Assembly (NCBI GenBank): GCA_040903985.1
Contig: JBBDUI010000002.1
Coordinates: 454,038-518,037 of the forward strand
Length of the DNA: 64,000 nucleotides
Source: Candidatus Saccharimonadales bacterium
GTDB taxonomy: Bacteria > Patescibacteriota > Saccharimonadia > QS-5-54-17
Reading direction: 5' to 3'
The notes below the pieces were generated by a model. That model made no database searches. It was not told where the DNA came from and worked only from the letters and a program-made list of their open reading frames with translations. Of this stretch, positions 29,181 to 38,729 are shown in pieces (position 1 is the stretch's first letter; every line of letters begins with the position of its first letter). Position numbers and translations under genes: made by a program.

Positions 29181-29907
29181 TTCTAAATACCGATCGCATG
29201 GTGTAGTCGGCCGTGACATCACGGCCGTAGATGTTAGTGGTAACGGCTAGGGTAACGGCTACCGAACGGGCGTTTTCCGGATCTACCTCCATATCCTCGG
29301 CATCGTAGTAGACTAGCTCGAAGTTGCTAACGTTCTCCGCTAACATGATGTCGTCACTACATTCACTGATCTGAGCCGGACAGGTCAGCACTGCGGCATT
29401 ACCGGCCTCATCGGCCGGAAGGATACGTTTATATAGCACGTTATCTGTGACGAAATAGATCAGGTTATTCTTATGGGTGATGTAGGCGAACGGGTCTTCG
29501 TAGAGGAACTCATTTTCACTGTTCAGCGCCGGAGAGGCCAGGACAAGTACGTCGTTATCGGACGTCCAGCTGTACGGATCGCTTGGTCCGTCTGGGGCGT
29601 GCTCATCGGCCCAGCGATTGCTCGCATCGACCTTAGCTGCATGTTTGACGTCACGATTAATTACATCGAGTGAGAGCTGGGTATCTAGTAATAATTCGGC
29701 TCGGGCATTCTGAGTAGCATTAGCCCGCAGCTGGTTACCGAGAAAGCTCATCAAGACCGCTAGCAGGATACCTGTGATGGTGGTGGCTACCAGCAGCTCT
29801 ACTAAGGTAAATCCTCCGGCTCTGCTTACAGCTTGAGCTTGTCGGTGTCTGTCCCTCACTGCACTATAGCGGCGGACCACTACTGGTCTTAAGTGGTTTA
29901 GGGTCAC
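29173..29907 (-). CDS. Minor pilin (PilW-like)
   Basis: G|FTLVELL prepilin motif. Confidence 0.85.
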   Translation of the reverse strand: MTLNHLRPVVVRRYSAVRDRHRQAQAVSRAGGFTLVELLVATTITGILLAVLMSFLGNQLRANATQNARAELLLDTQLSLDVINRDVKHAAKVDASNRWADEHAPDGPSDPYSWTSDNDVLVLASPALNSENEFLYEDPFAYITHKNNLIYFVTDNVLYKRILPADEAGNAAVLTCPAQISECSDDIMLAENVSNFELVYYDAEDMEVDPENARSVAVTLAVTTNIYGRDVTADYTMRSVFRND

Positions 29908-30389
29908 TGGGCGATTCCAATCGAGCCAATCAGTCCGGTCAGAGTTACGGTTTTGGCGCGAGGCAACTGAGCGTAGGTGACGCTCACCTCAATTTGTTTC
30001 AAGCCTGGTGTCGGTTCGGTAATGACGACTTCACCACTGCGTGGTGGTGGTAGCTCTTCCGGTAGCTCGGCGCTGAAATCGACAGTAGTGTCGGGCTCGA
30101 GCGAGTTGTAGTGGCTGTTGCGTAGTGATTCTATCTTAGCTTCAGCTACGCGGGTAGCTATCTCGATCCTCTGTGCTCGTCGCTGTAGGGTGTCGATGCC
30201 GATGAAGAGGTTGACGGTGCCGATGGCCATGATACTGATTAGGGCTGAAGCAATCAAAAGTTCGATTAGGGTGAACCCTCCGGCTCGGCTGACTTTATGT
30301 GCTTCAGCCGCCTCACTAACCGCTAGGCTGTAGCGTTGAGTGGTAGCTGGATGGGATGACCGATTGATAAATGTGAGTAACTGCTTCAT
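29904..30389 (-). CDS. Minor pilin (PilV-like)
   Basis: G|FTLIELL motif; AEAKIESLR. Confidence 0.85.
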   Translation of the reverse strand: MKQLLTFINRSSHPATTQRYSLAVSEAAEAHKVSRAGGFTLIELLIASALISIMAIGTVNLFIGIDTLQRRAQRIEIATRVAEAKIESLRNSHYNSLEPDTTVDFSAELPEELPPPRSGEVVITEPTPGLKQIEVSVTYAQLPRAKTVTLTGLIGSIGIAQ

Positions 30390-30426
30390 GACTGTTTTAA
30401 CCGTAGTTTTAGATGTGACTTATATG

Positions 30427-30466
30427 TTAAATAGCCGGCTACCTAGGACGGTAACCGGCTATTTAA
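30427..30466 (-). terminator. Hairpin or terminator after the major pilin
   Basis: TTAAATAGCCGGCTACC...GGTAACCGGCTATTTAA, 17 bp stem with one mismatch. Confidence 0.7.
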
Positions 30467-30490
30467 AGGTGTAACGCTACGACTCTGTGT

Positions 30491-30916
30491 CTAGCGGTTA
30501 GCACTTTCCTGGATGAAGACGTAGTCGTCACCGGAAGTTTCACCGTCAGGGTCGTTCTCATTTTCGAGTACGGCTACCAGTGTGTAGGTCGCACATGGTT
30601 CAGCGGCACAGTCTACACCGGCTGCATCCAGCGGGTTGTAGTCGTAATCGCTGTCATCCTGTGGATCGACCGGTACTTCGTCCAAGTACTCTTCAGTGGC
30701 TAGTGTAGCTAGATCAACTGGGTAGCTATTGTTGTCGTTGTAGTAAGTCTCTAGCTGCTGCGATACGTTACGTAGGTCATTTTTACGCTCAGTGTCCCGG
30801 GCGCGTTCCTGGTAAGAAAACAGGTTAGGTATGGTCAGGGCTAGCAAGATGCCGATCACCACGATCACTACCAGTAGCTCGATCAGGGTGAATCCCTTTT
30901 GGTTTTTAAGTATCAT
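30491..30916 (-). CDS. Major type IV pilin (PulG/PilA-like)
   Basis: KG|FTLIELLVVIVVIGIL, ARDTERKNDL, strong GGAGG RBS. Confidence 0.9.
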   Translation of the reverse strand: MILKNQKGFTLIELLVVIVVIGILLALTIPNLFSYQERARDTERKNDLRNVSQQLETYYNDNNSYPVDLATLATEEYLDEVPVDPQDDSDYDYNPLDAAGVDCAAEPCATYTLVAVLENENDPDGETSGDDYVFIQESANR

Positions 30917-31003
30917 TCTACTTCCTCCTAATTGTTGTTAAATTTACTTACTTTATATCTCTGAGAGTATAACGGCTATGGTTTAAAGTCAATGTCGTGG
31001 CCT

Positions 31004-32215
31004 CTACATAATCTGGGTTAGCTCGGCCAAGGGACCGAAGATACTGGCTACGATTAAGCCGACCACTCCGCCTAAGCCGACGATTAAGACCGGCTCGATT
31101 ATCGAGCTAATTCCTTCGATGGTACGATCGACCTCTTTGCTGTAGAATTCGGCCACTTTTTCTAGCACCGTATCGATCTGACCGGTCTCCTCACCAACCG
31201 CTGTCATCTGAGTCACGATGGCGGGGAAGATGTTGGTTTCGGATAGGGACTTTGAGATCGGCTGACCGTTCGTAATCTTTTCTACACTTTCGCTGATGCC
31301 CCTTTTAATAACTGTGTTAGACAGGGCCCCGCTGGTAACTTCCAGGCTTTTTACTACTGATACGCCGGCACTGGTCAGCGAGCTGAAGGTGTTAGAAAAG
31401 CGGGCGACGTTAATCTTGAGGAGGACCGGCCCGAAGATAGGCGCTTTTAGCAGTAGTGAGTCGAAGATAAAGCGACCGCGTTCGGTCTTGACGAACCGTA
31501 GGGTAGCTATCGCGGTCAAGACGATAGCTCCTAGTAGTAGTAGGCCGTAGTTAATTAAAAAGTCACTTAGCCCTAGCATCATTCGGGTCTGAATCGGCAA
31601 CTCAGCTCCTACCTGGTCGAAGATAGCACCGAACTTAGGGATAATATTTGTGACTAGGAAGGTGACTGCGCCGATAGCCACCACGGTGATTACGCCGGGA
31701 TAGATGAGGGCACTACGCAGCTTGCCCTTGATCTCGGCGTCCTTCTCGACCTGGCCGGCTAGCCGTTCCATGATCTGGTCTAGAATTCCGCCCTCTTCAC
31801 CGGCTCGAATCATATTGGTATAGACCCCAGAGAACACCTTCGGGTGGTTAGCTAGAGCTTCAGAGAGCTGGATGCCACCTTCGACTTTAGCGGTAACGTC
31901 ATCGAGGATACTGCGTAATGCCGGTGAGTCGGTCTGGTCACGCATAGTGGAAAGTGATTTCACCATCGGGACACCGGCATTAATCATAGTGGCGAACTGA
32001 CGGGTGAAGATAACTAGGTCGTTAGCCTTCACCTTCTTCTGTCCCGGCAGAGCGATGGTGATGTCTTTGAGCGACTTCTTGGCCTCAGTCACCGATAACG
32101 GTCGTAGCTCTCGAGCTTGGAGCGCACTTAAGGCTGCCGCTTTAGTATCGGCCTCTACGCTACCTCTTTGGATTTGGCCATCGCTAGCCTGGGCGGTGTA
32201 GGTGTACTGGGGCAT
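31004..32215 (-). CDS. pilC: Type IV pilus platform protein PilC (GspF family)
   Basis: FTRQFATMINAGVP, AGEEGG.LD, ALIYP, VGEETG, IEP. Confidence 0.93.
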   Translation of the reverse strand: MPQYTYTAQASDGQIQRGSVEADTKAAALSALQARELRPLSVTEAKKSLKDITIALPGQKKVKANDLVIFTRQFATMINAGVPMVKSLSTMRDQTDSPALRSILDDVTAKVEGGIQLSEALANHPKVFSGVYTNMIRAGEEGGILDQIMERLAGQVEKDAEIKGKLRSALIYPGVITVVAIGAVTFLVTNIIPKFGAIFDQVGAELPIQTRMMLGLSDFLINYGLLLLGAIVLTAIATLRFVKTERGRFIFDSLLLKAPIFGPVLLKINVARFSNTFSSLTSAGVSVVKSLEVTSGALSNTVIKRGISESVEKITNGQPISKSLSETNIFPAIVTQMTAVGEETGQIDTVLEKVAEFYSKEVDRTIEGISSIIEPVLIVGLGGVVGLIVASIFGPLAELTQIM

Positions 32216-32217
32216 AT

Positions 32218-34002
32218 CTACTCTCTAGTTACTCTTAGTATCTCTTCGATTGTGGTGGCACCTTCGAGGCATTTAAGGAAACCATCGAGCTGCATAGTAA
32301 TCATGCCGTCTTCGATAGCTTGGAGCTGGATGTCGTCACTGGTGGCGTTGGAAACGATCAACTTAGAGATCGCCTCATTCACTTCTAGTACTTCATAAAT
32401 TCCTAGTCGTCCCCGGTAGCCGATGCCGCCGCATTCGTCGCAGCCCTCGCCCGGCTTGTAGATATTAAGGTGCTCAATATCTAGCTCATCGGGCAGGGAG
32501 GCAGCTTCATGCTTGGCTGGCGCCTTACTACGTTTGAGCTGTTCGTTACGTTTACGTAGGTTTTCGTTGATGTGAGGTAGAGCAAGATCGATCTTAAAGT
32601 CGGTCTTAAGATGGGTCAGCTCGTCTCCGCTGGGGTGGTATTCCTGGCGGCAGTTGCGGCAGAGGCGGCGAACTAGGCGTTGGCCCACTACAACCCGTAC
32701 GGTAGAGGCGATCAGGAAGGGCTCTGCTCCCATGTCGAGTAGACGCGGCAGGGTGGTCGCAGCGTTGTTAGTGTGTAGGGTTGAGAGAACGAGGTGACCG
32801 GTCAGGGCGGCCTGAATGGCAAGGTTAGAGGTCTCACCATCTCGAATCTCCCCGACCATGATGATGTTCGGATCCTGGCGTAGTAAGGCCCGTAGCCCGC
32901 TGGCGAACGTCATACCGGCCTTGGGGTTGACCTGGGTTTGGTTAACTCCCTGCATACGGTATTCGACCGGATCCTCGATAGTGGAGATGTTTACTTTAGG
33001 TGAGTTTAGCGTGCTCAAGGTCGAGTACAAGGTGGTCGATTTACCGGCTCCGGTCGGACCGGTAACTAGAATCATGCCATGGGGTTGGCGCATGGCCCGC
33101 TCCATCCGTTCCAGGGCGGTGGCGTTAAAGCCAAGTTCTTCTAGCGTTAGTGCGCGAGAGGTTTCGTCGAGCAAGCGCATTACTACTTTCTCGCCATCCA
33201 TAATCGGCAGGGTCGACACCCGCAGGGCTACGGTGCCGGCCGGAGAGTGGATCTTAAACCGGCCGTCCTGGGACTTGCGGTGCTCGTCGATTTTGAGATT
33301 GGCCATGATCTTAATTCGGGAGACTAAAGCTAGCATTAAGTTGCGAGGTAGGGTGTTGGCTTCACGTAGGACGCCATCGACCCGATAGCGGATCTGCACT
33401 AGCTGTTCGCGTGGCTCGATGTGGATATCAGAGGCACCTTCCTTGATAGCGTATTCGATGAGCAGGTTAACGGTCTTGGCGATCGGTGAGTCCTCAGCTA
33501 CCTCGTCGGCGCTGACCTCTTCCGTGTTCTCACCGTCGGTCTCGGGTATTACCTTGGTAATCTCGCTGTCTAAATTGCCTTTATACTGATCCAGAATCTT
33601 ATTGACATCGCCGTCGGTCGCGAGATAGATAGTGACGTTCTTTCCTAGCAACTTCTCCAGAGCGTCGACGGCCGGCAGGTCGCCGGGATCTGACATGGCG
33701 ATTTTGCTGTGACCGTCCTTATCCATCTCAAACAGGACGGCTCGGTAACGGCGAGCGATGTGCTCGGGGATGAGGCCGAGGACTTGCGGTTCAATCTTCT
33801 CATTAGACAGCTCGATAAATTCGGCACCGATACTCTTTGCGTACAGTCGGGCCAGCTCTTTTGCGCTGATCAGCTTCCGTTCGAGTACCAATTCTTGGAG
33901 TGGCTTTTTCTGTTTTTTAGCCTCTTCGGTTAGCTCGGTCAGGGTTTTAGCCTCTACCGTATCCTTAAGTAAGCCCTGAAGAGTGCTGTCGTTTAACTGC
34001 AT
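32218..34002 (-). CDS. pilB: Type IV pilus assembly ATPase PilB (GspE family)
   Basis: ASDIHIEP, GPTGAGKSTTLY, TIEDPVE, LRQDPNIIMVGEIRD, Zn-site CxxC pairs. Confidence 0.95.
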   Translation of the reverse strand: MQLNDSTLQGLLKDTVEAKTLTELTEEAKKQKKPLQELVLERKLISAKELARLYAKSIGAEFIELSNEKIEPQVLGLIPEHIARRYRAVLFEMDKDGHSKIAMSDPGDLPAVDALEKLLGKNVTIYLATDGDVNKILDQYKGNLDSEITKVIPETDGENTEEVSADEVAEDSPIAKTVNLLIEYAIKEGASDIHIEPREQLVQIRYRVDGVLREANTLPRNLMLALVSRIKIMANLKIDEHRKSQDGRFKIHSPAGTVALRVSTLPIMDGEKVVMRLLDETSRALTLEELGFNATALERMERAMRQPHGMILVTGPTGAGKSTTLYSTLSTLNSPKVNISTIEDPVEYRMQGVNQTQVNPKAGMTFASGLRALLRQDPNIIMVGEIRDGETSNLAIQAALTGHLVLSTLHTNNAATTLPRLLDMGAEPFLIASTVRVVVGQRLVRRLCRNCRQEYHPSGDELTHLKTDFKIDLALPHINENLRKRNEQLKRSKAPAKHEAASLPDELDIEHLNIYKPGEGCDECGGIGYRGRLGIYEVLEVNEAISKLIVSNATSDDIQLQAIEDGMITMQLDGFLKCLEGATTIEEILRVTRE

Positions 34003-34050
34003 ACGACCAGTATACCGTAAGCGGTATTAGAGCCCCAAAATGTTTAAGTT

Positions 34051-34078
34051 TTGACGTTCGCTTTTTGTACGCTATAAT
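34051..34078 (+). promoter_or_regulatory. recA promoter with embedded putative SOS box
   Basis: TTGACG-16 bp-TATAAT; GTTCGCTTTTTGTACGC (34056-34072) fills the spacer. Confidence 0.65.
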
Positions 34079-34110
34079 AATAAAAAGATGCAAATATAAT
34101 AGGAGCAATC

Positions 34111-35136
34111 ATGGCAGATAAACCAACAACCCCGAAGGCTAAACCGGTCGCTAAAGACGGTCGACACCAGGCACTCGATCTCGCCGTATCTCAAATCGAA
34201 CAGCAGTTTGGTAGTGGTTCGATTATGAAACTGGGCGATAAATATAACATCGATGTCGAAACTATTTCAACTGGTAGTTTGAGTCTTGATATCGCTTTAG
34301 GTGGAGGTATTCCTAAAGGCCGTATCGTTGAGATTTACGGTCCGGAAGCAAGTGGAAAGACCACTCTAGCTCTGCATACCATCGCTGAAGTCCAGAAAAA
34401 CGGTGGTACGGTCGCTTTTGTCGATGCCGAGCACGCGCTCGACCCGGAGTATTCGAAGAAGATCGGTGTGCAGCTCGATTCACTCTTAATCTCCCAGCCT
34501 GATACCGGTGAACAAGCCCTAGAGATTACCGAGACACTGGTTCGCTCCAGTGCCGTCGATGTCGTCGTCGTCGACTCAGTCGCTGCGCTCGTCCCACGGG
34601 CGGAAATAGAGGGCGAGATGGGCGACGCTCACGTCGGCTTGCAGGCTAGGTTGATGAGCCAGGCTCTGCGTAAGCTGACCGGTGCAGTCTCGAAATCTAA
34701 AACGACCGTTATCTTCATCAACCAGTTGCGCATGAAGATCGGCGTTATGTTTGGCAATCCGGAAACCACTTCCGGTGGCCAGGCCTTAAAATATTATGCT
34801 TCGGTCCGGATCGAGGTCCGTCGTACTCAAGCTATTAAGCAGGGAGAAGAGACAGTCGGTAACCACGTTAAAGCCAAGATCGTGAAGAATAAAGTCGCCC
34901 CACCTTTCAAGATCGCCGAGTTCGACATCATGTACAACGAGGGTATCTCCACTTCCGGCGACTTGATAGATCTAGCCGTGAAGCACGAACTAGTGCGTAA
35001 GGCAGGGGCATGGTACGAACATGATGGCGAGAAAATCGGCCAGGGCCGGGAGGCGGCTAAACAGTATCTGCGGGAAAATCCACAGGTAGCTAAGAAGCTC
35101 GACGCCGCTATTCGTAAAGAAACTTTTGGCAAATAG
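34111..35136 (+). CDS. recA: Recombinase RecA
   Basis: [41 protein letters not shown]. Confidence 0.98.
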   Translation: MADKPTTPKAKPVAKDGRHQALDLAVSQIEQQFGSGSIMKLGDKYNIDVETISTGSLSLDIALGGGIPKGRIVEIYGPEASGKTTLALHTIAEVQKNGGTVAFVDAEHALDPEYSKKIGVQLDSLLISQPDTGEQALEITETLVRSSAVDVVVVDSVAALVPRAEIEGEMGDAHVGLQARLMSQALRKLTGAVSKSKTTVIFINQLRMKIGVMFGNPETTSGGQALKYYASVRIEVRRTQAIKQGEETVGNHVKAKIVKNKVAPPFKIAEFDIMYNEGISTSGDLIDLAVKHELVRKAGAWYEHDGEKIGQGREAAKQYLRENPQVAKKLDAAIRKETFGK

Positions 35137-35180
35137 CCGTTGCTTACTTTTAGCCGGGTCAGGGGCATAGTTTACAGCAC

Positions 35181-35789
35181 ATGAAGATCACCGCCATCAA
35201 ACAACAGCAGAAACGACCCGATCGTTATTCGATCTATGTTGACGGACGGTTTGCTTTTGGGCTGAGCGAGAATGATATATTGCGGCTGGGCTTACGTCGA
35301 GAACAAGAAGTCACTACTGTGGAACTAGCCGAGTTCCAGGTATCTGCGACAGTCGGCAAAGCCTATGAACGAGCGCTAAGCTACCTCGGCATCCGACCGC
35401 GAAGCGAGAAGGAAGTCCGGGACTATCTCTGGCGGAAGGAGTATGAGGCAGCGGTCATTAATCAAGTGATAACCAAATTGCAGACTCTAGAGCTATTGAA
35501 CGATACACAGTTTGCCCGGGAATGGATAAGTTGGCGCCAGAGTGGCCGACCGCGCAGCCGGCGTAAGCTGCAACAGGAGCTAGTTCAAAAGGGAGTAGCT
35601 CGGGAGGTTATCGAGGCGGTACTCGCTGATATTGATGATGAGACAGAGCTCGCTCAACTTAAGGAACTTATTCTTCGTCACGCGCACCGCTACGACACCC
35701 AAGAGAAGCTAATGGCTTATCTTGCTCGACAGGGTTATGGCTATGGTGTAATCAAACAAGCATTGCAGGAACACGAAGAAGGGGTATAA
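35181..35789 (+). CDS. recX: Regulatory protein RecX
   Basis: Follows recA; ALSYLGIRPRSEKE, LNDTQFA, YLARQGY. Confidence 0.9.
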   Translation: MKITAIKQQQKRPDRYSIYVDGRFAFGLSENDILRLGLRREQEVTTVELAEFQVSATVGKAYERALSYLGIRPRSEKEVRDYLWRKEYEAAVINQVITKLQTLELLNDTQFAREWISWRQSGRPRSRRKLQQELVQKGVAREVIEAVLADIDDETELAQLKELILRHAHRYDTQEKLMAYLARQGYGYGVIKQALQEHEEGV

Positions 35790-35796
35790 TCCTGTT

Positions 35797-36180
35797 ATGA
35801 AGCCAGAATCAGGTATCAGGATTGAAGATACTCCGGTTGGCATAGTAACTACTAGTGTCGGCACTCTCCCCTACGGGCGTGAATATCCCGCTCGTCAAAC
35901 TACCATCGAGTTTAGAGAGCCGATTCCAGTGGCATCGGTTGCTTACGAGATAGCTCTAGCGGAGAAACCATTCATGGACCAGCTAGTCGAACTGAAGGCC
36001 GAACCTGCCCCGGCTTGGTGGCAGCGTGGTGCCGAAGCGCGTAGACAGCGGTGGGATCGTTCGCAAGAGTGTGGCCAGCTTATACTCAATGCCCAAGCAG
36101 CAAGCAGGGATAGGAGTAGAGAATTGGTACGAGAAACCCCCTACCTTGAGCCTATACTGTTCCGAGCCGCCCAAGATTAG
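35797..36180 (+). CDS. Hypothetical protein
   Basis: 127 aa ORF, TATAAT 6 nt before ATG. Confidence 0.5.
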   Translation: MKPESGIRIEDTPVGIVTTSVGTLPYGREYPARQTTIEFREPIPVASVAYEIALAEKPFMDQLVELKAEPAPAWWQRGAEARRQRWDRSQECGQLILNAQAASRDRSRELVRETPYLEPILFRAAQD

Positions 36181-36266
36181 TTTCAAGGCCAGCTCTACAT
36201 AGCTAGTCTAGCCTCGCAAGCATACTGGTATAACTATCTAATACAACCATTGTCATAGTCACAGCG

Positions 36267-36310
36267 ATAATCTTCAAAAAGTGTCCGATCGGACACTTTT
36301 TGAAGATTAT
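36267..36310. repeat. Perfect 44 bp loopless palindrome, copy 2
   Basis: ATAATCTTCAAAAAGTGTCCGA|TCGGACACTTTTTGAAGATTAT. Confidence 0.95.
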
Positions 36311-36338
36311 TTCGAACTAGACAGAATGGAGCAGCAGA

Positions 36339-36848
36339 TTATACGGTTTGCTGCGGGGCGAGCTTACCGGCGCGCAGAGTGGTGTCTTCTACTGTGACGC
36401 TGTGGTCGTTCACCTCGATGACTTGGCGGCGGTCGATGATGAGAGTGGCCTCCGTCAGACTTTTCCAGATCGGCTGTTTGACGTGCAGCTTCTGCACCTT
36501 CCAGGAGACATCATCAATGACGTAATCCTTGACGTGGCCGAGCTTCTGACCGGACTTGCTTCGAACCTGCTTACCGACCAGTTGGTAGTTAAGCTTAAGT
36601 ACATCTTTCAGGCGTAGGAGATCACCCTCCTCGGCGATAACATCGGAAGAGTCGACGATGAACTGGCCAGCGCCAATCTCACGTATGTCGCTAACTAGTA
36701 GTATTTTTCCTGGGTCTTCTGTGAGGTGGAAGCCAGCCACGCTGAGGTCAAATGGGTTAAGCACGATCGCTCCGACCACATCGATGTCTCGGCCGGTGTG
36801 CAAGCTGGCCACAGTGATGTCTTGCAGTTGGTCTGAACGTTTGAGCAT
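36339..36848 (-). CDS. Tandem PRC-barrel domain protein
   Basis: LVGKQVRSKSGQKLGHVKDYVID; start 36848 from TACAAT-6nt-ATG. Confidence 0.75.
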   Translation of the reverse strand: MLKRSDQLQDITVASLHTGRDIDVVGAIVLNPFDLSVAGFHLTEDPGKILLVSDIREIGAGQFIVDSSDVIAEEGDLLRLKDVLKLNYQLVGKQVRSKSGQKLGHVKDYVIDDVSWKVQKLHVKQPIWKSLTEATLIIDRRQVIEVNDHSVTVEDTTLRAGKLAPQQTV

Positions 36849-36921
36849 AGTCGTATTGTAGCGTATTCGTTTCAGCTCTGCAGTTGCGGTAGCTGGGAAT
36901 GGAGCGCTACTATAAGAGAAG

Positions 36922-37392
36922 ATGAAACCACTCAATACTTACGAAACCGAGCTGGAAACGCTTGATGACACCTTGAGCTTAGGGGCTCGGCTTGGGGCTC
37001 AATTTCGAGGTGGTGAAGTAGTTGAGCTAGTCAGCGATCTAGGCGGCGGAAAGACGGCATTGGTTCGTGGTATGGCTCGAGGTTTAGAGTCGGACGATCA
37101 GGTGATGAGTCCGACTTTTACCGTTTCCCGTATCTATCATGGTAATAAGTGCGATTTGCACCACTTCGATTTTTATCGCTTGAATGAGCCGGGAGTGATT
37201 GCCGAGGAGTTACGTGAGAGTATAGACGATCCTAAGGTCGCTGTTGTCATCGAGTGGAGCGATATCGTGAGTGATGTCCTTCCTTCTGATCGATTGCGAA
37301 TCAACATTACGGTTACAAGTGAAACAGCCCGGCATGTCACGGTTTTAGCTTATGGTCCCCATCACGCTCAGCTGCTGGAGCGGCTGTCATGA
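36922..37392 (+). CDS. tsaE: tRNA t6A biosynthesis ATPase TsaE
   Basis: DLGGGKT, SPTFT, HFDFYRL, IEW. Confidence 0.93.
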   Translation: MKPLNTYETELETLDDTLSLGARLGAQFRGGEVVELVSDLGGGKTALVRGMARGLESDDQVMSPTFTVSRIYHGNKCDLHHFDFYRLNEPGVIAEELRESIDDPKVAVVIEWSDIVSDVLPSDRLRINITVTSETARHVTVLAYGPHHAQLLERLS

Positions 37393-37781
37393 TCTTGGGA
37401 CTAAAGACTGATAACCCTGTAACTGAGCTTTACCTGCTCACACCTAAGGGTGAGATAGCGTATCAGGACATCTGGCGGTCGGATCGTGCACTTTCAGTTC
37501 AGCTCCACCGTCATATCGATGATTTACTGCATCAGGCGGAAATAACGCCGGAACAGCTGGATGGCATCGTTGCCTTTGCCGGCCCCGGCTCTTTCACTGG
37601 TCTGCGGATCGGCCTGAGCGTGGCTAACGCCATGGCTTATGCACTGCAGCTACCGATTGTAGCTATGCGTGGGAATGACTGGCTAACTAACGGTGTGACT
37701 GAGCTTAAAGACACTAAGCCAGGCGGTCAGGTACTACCTTTCTACGGTGGCGAAGCTAACATCACCCAGCCTAGAAAATAG
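37389..37781 (+). CDS. tsaB: tRNA t6A biosynthesis protein TsaB (short form)
   Basis: GPGSFTGLRIG motif. Confidence 0.9.
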   Translation: MILGLKTDNPVTELYLLTPKGEIAYQDIWRSDRALSVQLHRHIDDLLHQAEITPEQLDGIVAFAGPGSFTGLRIGLSVANAMAYALQLPIVAMRGNDWLTNGVTELKDTKPGGQVLPFYGGEANITQPRK

Positions 37782-37803
37782 CGTCATCTCCCCTAGTATT
37801 CGG

Positions 37804-37851
37804 ATATTTGTACTAAATCTCTCACGATCGTAAGAAATTTAGTACAAATAT
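37804..37851. repeat. 48 bp loopless palindrome centred on CGATCG (second sequence type)
   Basis: ATATTTGTACTAAATCTCTCACGA|TCGTAAGAAATTTAGTACAAATAT, 22 of 24 positions pair. Confidence 0.85.
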
Positions 37852-38004
37852 TAGCAAGGAAAAGGTAGGGCGAGATTAAAGCATAAGCAGTTGCTTTATC
37901 ACCTCTGGAAGTGTATTAAGGAGTATGGCCTTTTTATAGGCTGGACTACCTTAAGAGAGGTAGTGAATATTCTAAATGTGCCAGAGCGGCGCGTGAGGTA
38001 ATGG

Positions 38005-38574
38005 ATGAGTAGAGAGACGCTCGGTTTCGAGCTTACTAATGATACAGAAAATGACAGCCTCGATGGGGGTCATCTTTCGGTGGTTAACGGCCAATTTGAG
38101 CGGGGCACCTATGTTGCCACCCCCGTCTGGGTTGGAAACTACGTAGTATTCCCCTACAAGCTCTCACCTGAGCTGCAACCATTATTTAAGAATTTTCAGC
38201 CGGCACCACTATCTAAATATGCCGATGTGGAGAGCTTTGTGGCTGATGAACGCCCGGCCGATGATCGACCTGGGACACTAAACTTTATGGCTTACTTCCA
38301 GCCGGCCAGGGTGCTGACCGGAGGATCGCATAAGATCCGTAGTCCATTTCGCCGCTTATTGTTACTAAATCCGAAGTTAGTGCACAAGCTAGAACAAGAT
38401 CTAGCCGACACTTATCGTTACGATTCTATAGCTAAGTTAGAACCACAACCACAAACTCGACTGTTTGAAGCTTATAACTTAATGAGTGAGATGGTAGATA
38501 TCAACGATGAGAATCTATTTCGCACCGAACCAGACGGCACATCAGTCTTCGACCGGGATTATCTCAAGCGTTAA
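38005..38574 (+). CDS. Hypothetical protein
   Basis: 189 aa ORF with GAGGT RBS. Confidence 0.55.
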   Translation: MSRETLGFELTNDTENDSLDGGHLSVVNGQFERGTYVATPVWVGNYVVFPYKLSPELQPLFKNFQPAPLSKYADVESFVADERPADDRPGTLNFMAYFQPARVLTGGSHKIRSPFRRLLLLNPKLVHKLEQDLADTYRYDSIAKLEPQPQTRLFEAYNLMSEMVDINDENLFRTEPDGTSVFDRDYLKR

Positions 38575-38729
38575 ATTGCGTTCTGGCGCGTGAGCTTCTA
38601 TAGTAAGTGGTATAGATGTTGTTAATTTAAATTTCCTATGATACCTCAACCTGGCGCAGTTTATACCTTGTATTAGACAGATATCTACACATTACGCCGG
38701 TTACGGGTCCGTAGGGGGAAGGAAGAGAT

